Source of the DNA: Octopus bimaculoides
Taxonomy: Eukaryota
DNA length: 64,000 bases
NCBI RefSeq assembly: GCF_001194135.2
Contig: NC_069001.1
Span: 5,561,835 to 5,625,834, forward strand
Direction of reading: 5' to 3'
Positions 1-11,728 of this stretch are shown piece by piece. Within the stretch, counting starts at the first letter, position 1; the number at the start of each line of letters is the position of its first letter. The notes beneath the pieces are model-generated. The model did not search any database. It was not told where the DNA came from and was given only the letters and a program-made list of their open reading frames with translations. Both the position numbers and the translations under genes were made by a program.

Positions 1-260
1 CACCACCACCACCATCACTGCCACCACAACTACAACCACCAGCACCACTATGGTTCGCCACCATCACCTCCACTGTCCAACATCACTGTTGCCACCACTC
101 TGGTTCACCATCACCACTACAACCACCACCACCACCACCACCACCACCACCACCAATCCATTTCCACTATTGCTATTACTACCCACCACTGTCTGCATTG
201 CTTTCACTACCACCACCATCGCCACCACCACAACCGCCACCACCACCATCACCACAGACC
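1..260. repeat. Degenerate (ACC)n trinucleotide microsatellite
   Basis: Visible accaccacc runs; explains the poly-T/poly-V ORFs. Confidence 0.95.
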
Positions 261-489
261 ATGTTCTTTTACCAATTTGTTTCTTCAAGGCAAGTGTTAG
301 GATTGGAAATTGGATTTCTATAATTCTGCGTTTTCCTAACTTTTTGGTGAAATTATTGTAATGAAACTATTGTTGTTGTTGTTATTGTTATTGTTGTCTC
401 TAGCAACATACATCACCTGTTATGTTGTTATCTTGAGATATCATTACATACAGCACAATCATATGGGTTTTCTAATTTTCATACGTACG

Positions 490-558
490 TACATACATAC
501 ATATATATTTAAACATTATGAATAATATATATACCTATACAAACACATATTGCCAATA

Positions 559-596
<38 letters not shown>

Positions 597-665
597 ATAT
601 GTGTATGTGTGTATCTGTGTATGCATATATGTATGAAGCATATATTTATGCATATGTTTATATAA

Positions 666-714
<49 letters not shown>

Positions 715-754
715 CACACACACATTCATGTATATGTATATCTTTCTCTCTCCC

Positions 755-790
<36 letters not shown>
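490..790. repeat. Compound (AAT)n/(TG)n/(TA)n microsatellite
   Basis: Directly visible tandem arrays. Confidence 0.95.
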
Positions 791-794
<4 letters not shown>

Positions 795-796
<2 letters not shown>

Positions 797-917
797 TTAC
801 ATTATTTACATTTGACAGATATTTGTGCTCATCTTGTTTATTGTTAACACAACATTTTGGCTGATATACCCTCCAGCCTTTATCAGGTGTCTCGGCGAAA
901 TTTCGAACCTGGGTTCT
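795..917 (-). mobile_element. Probable Penelope-like element terminal-repeat fragment, truncated by the gap
   Basis: Contains a hammerhead-like fold (847-890) of the kind carried by PLE terminal repeats; begins directly after a (TA)n tract. Confidence 0.55.
847..890 (-). ncRNA. Degenerate minimal type I hammerhead ribozyme motif, probably inactive
   Basis: Minus strand reads ACAC-CTGATAA-A-GGCTG-GAGGGTATAT-CAGCC-AAAA-T-GTT-GTGT. Stem I ACAC/GTGT and stem II GGCTG/CAGCC pair perfectly; core boxes differ from CUGAUGA and GAAA by one G>A each. Confidence 0.6.
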
Positions 918-1390
918 NNNNNNNNNNNNNNNNNNNNNNNNNNNNNNNNNNNNNNNNNNNNNNNNNNNNNNNNNNNNNNNNNNNNNNNNNNNNNNNNNNN
1001 NNNNNNNNNNNNNNNNNNNNNNNNNNNNNNNNNNNNNNNNNNNNNNNNNNNNNNNNNNNNNNNNNNNNNNNNNNNNNNNNNNNNNNNNNNNNNNNNNNNN
1101 NNNNNNNNNNNNNNNNNNNNNNNNNNNNNNNNNNNNNNNNNNNNNNNNNNNNNNNNNNNNNNNNNNNNNNNNNNNNNNNNNNNNNNNNNNNNNNNNNNNN
1201 NNNNNNNNNNNNNNNNNNNNNNNNNNNNNNNNNNNNNNNNNNNNNNNNNNNNNNNNNNNNNNNNNNNNNNNNNNNNNNNNNNNNNNNNNNNNNNNNNNNN
1301 NNNNNNNNNNNNNNNNNNNNNNNNNNNNNNNNNNNNNNNNNNNNNNNNNNNNNNNNNNNNNNNNNNNNNNNNNNNNNNNNNNNNNNNNNN

Positions 1391-1435
<45 letters not shown>

Positions 1436-1437
<2 letters not shown>

Positions 1438-1800
1438 GCGTTCTAGCAAGACCACTACAGATCTGCTTCAAATGGTTTCCTTTCAAATGAAAGCATAATA
1501 TGTCCTATCCATAAAAGAGGCAGGAGAGTGGACGCTTAAATTATAGGCCTGTTTCTCTAACCTCTCATGATGTCAGCAATGCCATGGAACCCACCATCCA
1601 GAGGAAGTTGATAATACTCCTTGAGGATAAGGGCTTGATCTCTGACACCCAGCATAGCTTCTGCTCAGGGAGAAGCAGCCTTACACAGCTTTCGTAGCAT
1701 TATGACTGGGTGTTGAAACATCTCTATGAATCACTCAATGGTGGCTATGATTTAGCTTGATTGTGCAGAAGTCTTTGAAAACGTTGATCATGGGGTGATA
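1436..1800 (+). mobile_element. CR1/L2-group LINE reverse transcriptase fragment with stops and frameshifts
   Basis: Manual translation across frameshifts: SIICPIHKRG / NYRPVSLTS...LISDTQHSFCSGRSSLTQL / LDCAEVFENVDHG, matching the RT motifs PIHK, NYRPISLTS, QHGFRxGRSCLTQL and LDFxKAFDxVDH. Confidence 0.85.
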
Positions 1801-2063
1801 GTACTTGTTCTATCGGTCTCTTTTTCCGAACGGTTAAGGTTACGAGAACATAAACACACCACCATTGATTGTCGAGTGACGGTGGGAGAACAAACACAGA
1901 CACAAAGACACACACACATATATATATATATACGACAAGCTTCTTTCAGTTTCCATCTACCAAATCCACTCACAAGGCTTTGGTCAGCTGAAGATGCTAT
2001 GCAGTGGGACTGAACACAGAACCATATGGTTAAGAACGAAGATTCTTACCACACAGCCACGCC
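1801..2063 (-). mobile_element. SINE family A (tRNA-like head plus internal TA/TG microsatellite)
   Basis: Reverse complement matches the family A copies at 46603 and 63255. Confidence 0.85.
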
Positions 2064-2094
2064 TGTGCCTATGTGTTTGTGTGTGTGTGTGTAT

Positions 2095-2290
2095 CATCAT
2101 TATCATAATTTCACGTCTACATTCTAAGCTAGCATGGGTTGGACAATTCCAATGAATTCAATGGGTTGGAAGGCCATATCTTGGTCCAGTGTCTCAGTTT
2201 CAGCATGGTTTCTATTGCTGGAAGCCTTTCCTAACACAATCACCTCACAGAACGTACCTTTTTTTTCAGGGCACCAACAACAGTGAAGTA
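2095..2290 (-). mobile_element. SINE family C fragment with (GAT)n tail
   Basis: Shares gctagcatgggttggac and the ttcctaa..caa.cac motif with the copies at 30515 and 61905. Confidence 0.75.
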
Positions 2291-2569
2291 GCCTTGTAAT
2301 TTGTCTGGACAATTGCCTAATTCAGTTAATTACAAAACTTTTACAGAATATTGAACTGTTTTGCATAAAATCTACCTAAAAATAAATGTTTAATTGCGTA
2401 GTTTTATTTTTTAAATAAAACAAAAATAATCGATGAAATGTAGCATAAAATCAAACATTGATTTGATTTGATATGCATAAAGTTTTTCTGGAAGTTTCTG
2501 TTTTCTAGAAGTTTCTGTTTTCACAATGGGTTAAAATGCCAATAGTCAATATTTCATGTTTACAAATAG

Positions 2570-2990
2570 ACATGGCTGCATGGTAAGAAGTTTGCTTCCT
2601 AACCACTTGGCTTTGTGTTCAGTTTTAGTGCATGGCACCTTGGGGAACTGTCTTCTACTATAACCTCAGATCAAAACCAAGACCATGTAAGGGGGATTTG
2701 ATAGAGAGAAAGTGAAAGTAGCCAACCACATATATCTATACGTGTGTGTGTGTATGTGTGTGTGTGTGTGTGTGTGATTGTCTTTATGTTTGTCCCACAT
2801 TAGTGCTTGCCAATCGTAGTTGGTTTGTTTATGTCCTAGTAACTTAGCAGTTCAGCAAAAGAGACCAATAGAATAAGTATCAGGCTTGGAAAATTAGAAC
2901 TGAGGTTGATTTGTTTAACTAAACTCTCCAAGACAGTGCTCCAGCTTGGCCACAGTCCAATAACTGAAACAGGCAAAAGTAATAAACTGG
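2570..2990 (+). mobile_element. SINE family A, near full length
   Basis: Head tggctgcatggtaagaagtttgcttcc, internal (TG)n, tail ctccagcttggccacagtc..actgaaacagg. Confidence 0.85.
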
Positions 2991-3889
2991 CATCATATCC
3001 GGAGAGAAAGAAACGCAGAATTATCTGTCATCTCCTTCACACCGAGAAACCACAACTAATCCACTACCATCACCCCAACACACACACACATACACACACA
3101 TACATACACACCCATCGCTCCACCACATTCCACTCCACTCCCTATTTTTATTTCATTTCCATATGCTGTAAATATGTAACTTAGAAACCAAAAGTAAATA
3201 AACAAGTAACCATTACAGACTTTGGAGTTAATTCCATCTGATAAAAATCACAGACTTTGGAGTTAAATCTGACTGAACAACAGTCTTTGATAAGTCTAAA
3301 ATTTAGTATTGATAAATTATATTCTATCTCTCGGTTGACTTAACTGTTTGAATCTTGTTTTATTATTTTTTTTCTTCCCCATATTTAGAATTATAAAGTC
3401 AAAATATTGATTCTCTGTCTTTGATGATGGTTTCGCCATGTTAGTTTCTACAATCCAGTTAGAATTTCAAGAAAGTTTCAAAGACAACAATGTGGTTTTG
3501 TACTTAAATCTTTGGTATGGAACAATCTTTGTCATAAATTAACCAAACTTGTGCCAATAGTAATGATTTCTTGTATTGATATAATACTATAAACTCAATA
3601 CTATACCTTGAGGGTATGTTCTGATACATCTCCACCACCATCTATCTGTCTGTGTCTGTCTGTTTGTCCATCTATCTGTCTGTGTCTGTCTGTTTGTCCA
3701 TCTTTCTCTCTCTCTCTTACCCTCATCTCTCTCATTTCTCTCTTGTCCTTTGCAACTAGGCTAGCCATGCATCTCCTCTACAGCAAGACACCTACCCTCT
3801 GTCCCTCTCTCATACTTTTATCTCCTGACAGGTACAAAGCCACTCACCTCCTCTTCCTCCTCATTCCCCTCCTCCTCCTCCTCCCTGTT

Positions 3890-4160
3890 GAAGAGGGTCT
3901 CTGTCTTGCAAGTTGTTTGGTGATCCCGGCAATGTTGGTGCCATGTAAAAAGCACCCAGTTCACTTTGTGAAGTGGTTGGCATTAGGAAGGGCATTCTGC
4001 CATAGAAACCAAACCAAATCAGACTGGAGCCTGGCATAGCCCTCTGATTCACCAGCTCCTGCCAAACCATCCAATCCATGCCAGCATAGAAGACAAGACA
4101 TTTAACAATGATGATGATAATGACGATGATGATGACAATGATGATGACGATGACGACAAT
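3890..4160 (+). mobile_element. SINE family C with (GAT)n tail
   Basis: ttaggaagggcatt...catgccagcatagaa followed by (GAT)n. Confidence 0.8.
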
Positions 4161-4322
4161 GATCAGAGGTTGAAGGGATCGCAACCATAGTGTAGATATA
4201 CAAGTAAAAACATTGCAAAGCTGATGGTCAGAGTTCAAACTGATGGAAATGTGGTGTGTGTGTGTGTGTATGTATGTGTGCATATATATGTATGCATGTA
4301 CATATGTATACCTCTCTCTCTT

Positions 4323-4373
<51 letters not shown>

Positions 4374-4804
4374 ACAGACTTATCGCAATTTATGTCAATA
4401 GTTTCCAAGACATGTGACTTAACATGAAAAATTATGTAACACAGGAAAAACATTTCTTAAACTTTATTAACTTACATCTGTTTTAGCAAATGTGATTTGT
4501 ACATATTTCAACATATATTTTCTTTGATTTTTTTTTTCCACTTCAGAATTGGTTTTTAGATGGGTTTTTTTTTTATATATAATTTCCATGTTGTGAATAT
4601 ATTCACTAAGACCAACATAAATTCAGATAAATTGATTGAAATTCAAATTTAGTTTTTCTATTAATCTTTTCAAAAAAAAAAAAACCCCACAAAAAAACAG
4701 AAAAAAAATCAACAAAGTTGATAAAAATGTAACTTGACATTAGTTGAGATATGTCTGGATAACGTGTGCATTATCATCATCATCATTACCATCGTCTTCG
4801 TAGT

Positions 4805-4983
4805 CATCATCATCATCATCCTTTAACGTCCGTTTTCCATGCTGGTATGGGTTGGACTGTTTGACCAGAGCTGGCAAGCTGCTCTAGGATCCTGATGCAG
4901 TACCCTAGCTTATCAGTCTTTGGTCAAACTGTCGAACTCATGCCAGCATAGAAAACAGACATCACATGACGATAATGATGATG

Positions 4984-4985
<2 letters not shown>
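4805..4985. mobile_element. Two family C SINE 3' tails in inverted arrangement
   Basis: Left arm gtccgttttccatgctggtatgggttggactgtttgacca is the approximate reverse complement of right arm tggtcaaactgtcgaactcatgccagcatagaaaacagac. Confidence 0.8.
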
Positions 4986-5031
<46 letters not shown>

Positions 5032-5680
5032 AAAGGAAGGGGTCTGGCTTTGGTTAAAAGAAAGTACAGGAGAATCAGTTTATTGTGATTTTATTCAACA
5101 TATTCCCCCTCTCAGATCCACTCACTTATTGCAGCAGCCCTTCAGTTTTTCTAAACCCTGTAAAAAAAAAAACTCTCGGAAGATTGGGTCTCTGACCAGG
5201 CCTTTCATGATACCCTTACAACCAGGAACTTTTCAACACCCGCCCTCGTAAAGCTTGCAAATATTGGGTGAGAAGCCCCTTTTGGATAGGAATTGTAAGT
5301 TTATCTTCCAAGGTCAGCCTTCGACATTTTCTAGCCAAAACGGTTTTTCAACCAAATATTTACATGCTGTTATTCATAGCTTTTTGTAATGTAATTTGAG
5401 ATCCAATATTCCCCAAAAGAATTTTATACATATACATGTGTGTATATGCATTATAATATTCTCTGCACAGATGATAATGATCAAAGATCAAAATGATGGA
5501 GATGGAATGTGTGTTTGTATGTATGTATGTTTGTATGTACATATATTACATATTGTAAAATATACAGTGTAAAGATAAAGCTAATAGTTTGAAAAATTAT
5601 TATCTTCATCAATAAGTCATTTGAGACATTTAGACATTTAATCAATTAACAACACAGAATATTTGCACATGTGCATGTAA

Positions 5681-5718
<38 letters not shown>

Positions 5719-7309
5719 AGTGTGTGAGAGTGAATGAGCTCTGTCAAACATCATAAATATGTGATGATGTGATGTGGGGGGGGGGGGCGTGTATACATAC
5801 TCCTAGATGTATAAGAGCCGTATCATGATCGGATGACAGAGGTGTATATGTTAACAGATGTGTGAGAACTGGCTTGTTATCTGAGACTTGCAGAAAGGTG
5901 TGGGTGTTCATATGCTCCTAGAAGTGTGAGAATTGTATCGTCATCTACACGCAAAGGGTGGTACATATCCTGTTAAATGTGTAAAAGCCACATCGTTGTC
6001 ATCCTGGAGATATGTGTGTGTGTGTGTGTGTGTGTGTGAAGCATATGTTTCCAAGAGTGAGAAGTTGTATCATCCTATGTATGTATGTATGTGTGTATGT
6101 ATATATGTGTGTGTGTGAAGGGTTGTATGTGTTTTTAGGTGTGTGAGTGATGAAAGAATTTTGTTTTTTCTATTAAGCATCAAAGCTGAAGTGTTTTCTG
6201 ATTTTGTGCCTCTGAATAGCGAAAACTCTGATGACTCTTGGCTGCTTTTAATAAACGTGTGGTATGGCATCCATGGAAGATCATCAGAATGAAGAATATA
6301 TCACCATCACTGCCATCATCATCATCGTCATCATAACAAAAAAAATCCATTAATACAACCATCATCACCCTCATAACCACCACCACCAACACCACCACAC
6401 CACCATCACCACCACCACCACCACCAACACCNNNNNNNNNNNNNNNNNNNNNNNNNNNNNNNNNNNNNNNNNNNNNNNNNNNNNNNNNNNNNNNNNNNNN
6501 NNNNNNNNNNNNNNNNNNNNNNNNNNNNNNNNNNNNNNNNNNNNNNNNNNNNNNNNNNNNNNNNNNNNNNNNNNNNNNNNNNNNNNNNNNNNNNNNNNNN
6601 NNNNNNNNNNNNNNNNNNNNNNNNNNNNNNNNNNNNNNNNNNNNNNNNNNNNNNNNNNNNNNNNNNNNNNNNNNNNNNNNNNNNNNNNNNNNNNNNNNNN
6701 NNNNNNNNNNNNNNNNNNNNNNNNNNNNNNNNNNNNNNNNNNNNNNNNNNNNNNNNNNNNNNNNNNNNNNNNNNNNNNNNNNNNNNNNNNNNNNNNNNNN
6801 NNNNNNNNNNNNNNNNNNNNNNNNNNNNNNNNNNNNNNNNNNNNNNNNNNNNNNNNNNNNNNNNNNNNNNNNNNNNNNNNNNNNNNNNNNNNNNNNNNNN
6901 NNNNNNNNNNNNNNNNNNNNNNNNNNNNNNNNNNNNNNNNNNNNNNNNNNNNNNNNNNNNNNNNNNNNNNNNNNNNNNNNNNNNNNNNNNNNNNNNNNNN
7001 NNNNNNNNNNNNNNNNNNNNNNNNNNNNNNNNNNNNNNNNNTGGGGGGGGGGGGTCTTTTTTTTTGTTTTGTTTTTTCAGAAAGACAAGGAATGAATGGC
7101 ACCACAAGCATCACAGTGACACTTGTTTATGAATTATCATACAATCTCATGAAAAGGTGACACAAACATACACACACACACCCACCCCACACTAACATAC
7201 ATTCATAAATTCACATATCAACATACACACACACACACCAACATACATACATACATACATAAATGCACATACCAACATACACACACACATACACACCAAC
7301 ATACAGGTT

Positions 7310-7450
7310 AAGCCGATGATATTGATTCCAGTGTTTCACTGGTACTTAATTTATCAACCCCTAAAAGATAGATGACAACGTTGACCTCAGCAGGATTTGA
7401 ACTCAGAACACATGGACAAATGAAATACCACCAAGTGCACTGACCACCTT
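7310..7450 (-). mobile_element. SINE family B fragment
   Basis: Reverse complement of the gttctgagttcaaatcc...gtcaac...ataaattaagtaccag core seen in other copies. Confidence 0.7.
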
Positions 7451-7582
7451 AAACTATAATAGTATTAAATTCAAAACAAAACTGAAATACAGCATCATAA
7501 ACTCCAGAAACCCACAAGAAAATGAAAGACATTAAAAGACTAAATAAAATTTTGAAATACAAAAATAACGGTATATATTTAC

Positions 7583-7816
7583 CTCCATTAAAGTAATTAC
7601 TGGTACAAAGATGGGTGGAGGCCAGCAGCTGTAGCGGTCAGCATAGTACTGTCTGTCCAGTTCATCAGTAAGAAACTCCTTTGCAATCTTGCGTACCATT
7701 CTTCTGAAACGAGAATCCTTCCTGCTCTGAAGGTAGACAAAATTGTCGCTCCAGCCGTCCACAGCTTCTCGGCTCTGCACAGCCAGTCGGAAGCTTGGAT
7801 TTCTTTTGTTGCTCAT
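7583..7816 (-). CDS. RHBDL3: Internal coding exon of a rhomboid-related intramembrane serine protease (RHBDL1/RHBDL3-like; Drosophila rho-4/stet-like)
   Basis: Encodes MSNKRNPSFRLAVQSREAVDGWSDNFVYLQSRKDSRFRRMVRKIAKEFLTDELDRQYYADRYSCWPPPIFVPVITLME. The DRxYYADRYxCxPPPxF..ITLxE motif precedes TM1 of secretase rhomboids, and MSNKRxxSFR resembles RHBDL3 as I recall it. Acceptor cctttcttccttttcaaccAG, donor GAG|GTAAAT, 234 bp, phase 0/0. The symbol means RHBDL3-like; exact paralog orthology is not established. Confidence 0.92.
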
Positions 7817-8239
7817 CTGGTTGAAAAGGAAGAAAGGCACAACTGTTACTATGATACTACAACAACAACAACAACAATTATAACAGCAATAGTTGTCATA
7901 ACAACAACAACAACAACAACAACTGTGATAGCAAATATGTGAATTGTTATTACAACAAAAAAAAAAGGAAAAAAAAGCAATGAACATGTAAACAGAATAG
8001 ACAAATAGAGAGGTGGGTGTCAGGGTTGGGAGGGAGAGGGGGCTTAAGGGCCCCAGAAAGGAGTGGATAGGAAGGTGGATGGTTAGGGGCTGGAGAAGGA
8101 TGGCTGGATGGTTAGATGGTTGTCTGGGTAGGGTGGACGAGTGGATAGATGAATGGATGAGAGAATGGGAATGTGGACGGTTGGATAAGTGGGTGGATGG
8201 ATGGGCGGATGGATGAGTCAACTGAGGGGGGGAGGTGGT

Positions 8240-8784
8240 TGGCTAGGAGCATAGGTAGTTATTAGGAATGGTACATGGTGGTGGAGGTTGAAGTAGTGGT
8301 GGTGTTGTTGTTGTTGCTGGTGGTGGTGGTATTGTTGGCAGTGTTAGTGTTAATATTGGTGGTATTGGTGGTTGTGGTGTTGGTGCTGGTGGTGGAGGTG
8401 TAGGGGGAAGTGGTGTTAGTGGTTGTGGTGTTAGTGGTGGTGGTGTTGTTGATGGTTGTGGTGGAAGTGGTGTTGGCGGCTGTGGTGTTGGTGTTGGTGT
8501 TGTAGTGTTGGTGGAGGTGGAGGTGGTGTTGGTGGTTGTGGTGTTGGTGTTGGTGGTGTTGGTGGTTGTGGTGTTGGTGGAGGTGGTGTTGGTGGTTGTG
8601 CTGGTACTATTGATGTTGATGTTGGTGCTGGTGTTAGTGATGTTGTTGATGGTGGTGGTGGTATTGATGATGATGATGGTGGTGGTGTTGTTAGTGCTAG
8701 TGTTAGTGGTGGTGTTGATGGTGCTGATGTTGATGTTGCTGTGCAGGTGGTGGTGGTGGTGATGATTGTGGTGGTGGTGGTGGT
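8240..8784. repeat. Degenerate (GGT/GTT/GAT)n array
   Basis: Visible; source of the poly-V/G ORFs. Confidence 0.95.
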
Positions 8785-9356
8785 NNNNNNNNNNNNNNNN
8801 NNNNNNNNNNNNNNNNNNNNNNNNNNNNNNNNNNNNNNNNNNNNNNNNNNNNNNNNNNNNNNNNNNNNNNNNNNNNNNNNNNNNNNNNNNNNNNNNNNNN
8901 NNNNNNNNNNNNNNNNNNNNNNNNNNNNNNNNNNNNNNNNNNNNNNNNNNNNNNNNNNNNNNNNNNNNNNNNNNNNNNNNNNNNNNNNNNNNNNNNNNNN
9001 NNNNNNNNNNNNNNNNNNNNNNNNNNNNNNNNNNNNNNNNNNNNNNNNNNNNNNNNNNNNNNNNNNNNNNNNNNNNNNNNNNNNNNNNNNNNNNNNNNNN
9101 NNNNNNNNNNNNNNNNNNNNNNNNNNNNNNNNNNNNNNNNNNNNNNNNNNNNNNNNNNNNNNNNNNNNNNNNNNNNNNNNNNNNNNNNNNNNNNNNNNNN
9201 NNNNNNNNNNNNNNNNNNNNNNNNNNNNNNNNNNNNNNNNNNNNNNNNNNNNNNNNNNNNNNNNNNNNNNNNNNNNNNNNNNNNNNNNNNNNNNNNNNNN
9301 NNNNNNNNNNNNNNNNNNNNNNNNNNNNNNNNNNNNNNNNNNNNNNNNNNNNNNNT

Positions 9357-9395
<39 letters not shown>

Positions 9396-9439
9396 TACAT
9401 GCACACGCACACACACACATATATATATATATATTCTTT

Positions 9440-9620
9440 AATTCTTTTACTTTTTCAATCATTTGACTGCAGCCAAGCTGGAGCACCACCTTAAGGGGTT
9501 TTAGTCAAACAAATCAGCCCCAGGACTTTTTCTTTGTAAGCGTAGTACTTATTTTATCAGTCTGTTTTGCTGAACGGCTAAGTTTAATTGTTGTGGGGAC
9601 AGACACAGATACACAAATAG
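9440..9620 (-). mobile_element. SINE family A 3' half
   Basis: Reverse complement of the family A tail (cagtcatttgactgcagccaagctggagcaccacc on +). Confidence 0.8.
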
Positions 9621-9700
9621 TTCTAACGCTGGTTATTAGTATTACTATGCCCACACAAAATAATAATAATAATAATAAATACAACAACAACAACAACTAC

Positions 9701-10063
9701 AATAGCACTCAGAGAGTGCAAACCTCCACCAAGGCAACACCAGCATCCTCTCAATGATTTGCCACAGATGATTTTTAAAATAAGAATATCTGAAATAAAC
9801 TCGACTGCTCCCACAAAAGAGAATACTAAAAATGAACCTGACTGCTCTCAAAAATTAACTAAAAAAGCAGGAAAAATAATCCAGAATCCTTGTCCAGTAC
9901 TGGATCGATCCCCAAATCTCATCAGTTTGTGCCAGTCACGAGGCCAAACATCCCTGAAAGTTTCATCCAAATCCATCCAGCAGTTCTTGAGATATCTTGT
10001 CCACAGACAAACAAACAAACACAACTGAAAACAATACCTCCACCTTCGCTAAGGCTGAGGTAA
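9701..10063 (-). mobile_element. Non-autonomous Helentron-associated element (HINE/DINE-1-like)
   Basis: On minus: 5' hairpin ACCTC..CCTT-AGCG-AAGG..GAGGT, then a (TGTT)n tract, then a 3' subterminal repeat CCTTGGTGGAGGT followed by stem-loop GCACTC-TCT-GAGTGC and a T-rich end. Confidence 0.7.
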
Positions 10064-10064
10064 T

Positions 10065-10230
10065 GATAATCCTTTCTACTTTAGACACAAAGCCTGAAAT
10101 TTTGGGGGAGGGGACCAGTCAATTATATCGACCCCAGTGTCTCACAGGTATTTTTAATTTAGTGACCCCGAAAGGATGAAAGGTAAGGTCAACCTCGGCA
10201 GAACTTGGAGTCAGGGTGTAGTGAAGGGTG
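10065..10230 (-). mobile_element. SINE family B
   Basis: gaccccgaaaggatgaaagg is the reverse complement of the family B core cctttcatcctttcggggtc. Confidence 0.8.
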
Positions 10231-11555
10231 AAATACCAATTTCTTTATTACCTAAAAAAGGCTGTACAAAGAGTTTTTTTAGGACATCACAAAACATGAA
10301 GACAGTTACAAAATGCAACAAACATAAAAAGCAGGAAACTAAAAATTACAAAAACGAATGATAATAGTAGAAGAAAAATTAAAATAAAATGATAATATGC
10401 AAGAATGAAAAGATGAGGCACAATGTCCACTCGCCCCCAAAGGTGGATGGTTACATTTATCAAGTTTTTCACTTATACTTCAACAGTTTTGCAACTCAAA
10501 AAGTTGAAATATTCTCGTTACTTTCCTCCCATTAATCACTGTTACTTCCGTCTTTATCAACTGTAAATAATTAGTTCTAGAGGGTGGTGTTTCCACCAAC
10601 CAAATTCGTTTCGTTCTTACATTCTCATCAAATTCTTTTATGTACTCCCATCAAGACGGGTGAAATAAGCATTTCACCCAGCATGCTAACGAAACGATTC
10701 TGCCAGCTCGCTGCCTTAATGATATTTAATTATAAAAGTATAAGAGGATTTTTCTTAAACATCAAATGGTTAGGAGGGTCCACCTCTGTAAAATGGGAAT
10801 CAAAGGGGTCCATAGGTTGAGAAACAGGGGTTCAGAACATTATCCAGAATATGAAAGCCAACCCTAGCACTCAGTGTGTGTATGCGTGTGTGTATTCATG
10901 TTAATGTTGGACAAAACAAAACTGGTGGTGGTGGAGGTGGTAGTGGTGATGAGTAACCTAGCAGATTGACAAATGGGAATTGAGAAAATAAGTACCAGCA
11001 GTTATACAATCAACTATAAAAAGTTGAAAGTGTTACCCCCCAGCTTGATCAGACATTTGTGGTTGTAATCAGTAAATGTTAGTGTGTGTGTGTGTGTGTG
11101 TATCTATATGTGTGTGTCTGTGTACACGATTCTGTACATTGATGTATGTGTAAGCATGTGTATGCATGTACCTGTATGGGTATGTGTATATGTATTTATG
11201 TGCGTATGTGTGCATGTTTCTATGCAGTTACCTGTATGTGCATCTATAGGTATCTATATAAAAGTATGTGCGTGTGTTTATGTTTGTAAAGGGTTAATAT
11301 GAAATACAAAACATATAAATGTACTAAAGAACACATACTTTTACTTACATCCACCCACACACACACACACACGCATAATGTATATATTATATGTATGTAC
11401 ATGAGTGTTAGCGTGTATGGGTTTTGGGTATTTAAAAATGATTGGAAAATATCCTGATTGCAATGTAGTGTAGAATATTGAAAAGGAAGAAATGTGGTTA
11501 ATTGTCTGGAAAGTTTAAATGACTAGCGCTATTCTTCCTTTTGGCAATTTGGTCG

Positions 11556-11586
<31 letters not shown>

Positions 11587-11691
11587 AAATATACACAGGG
11601 AATGATGTATGGTGAGAGTGATACATGCATATATATATATATACAGATGCATATGTACATTTTTGTGTGTGTGTGTGTATACGTATATATA

Positions 11692-11728
<37 letters not shown>

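Noticed and set aside
5126-5157. Minus-strand 32-bp segment with strong acceptor (T11-ACAG) and GTGAGT donor
   Set aside because: It would add GLEKLKGCCN and shift frame instead of continuing TM1, so it does not fit as the next rhomboid exon.
7817-8221. N-terminal part of ORF 7532-8221 and its tail below 7583
   Set aside because: Low-complexity intron sequence outside the AG/GT boundaries; only 7583-7816 resembles rhomboid.
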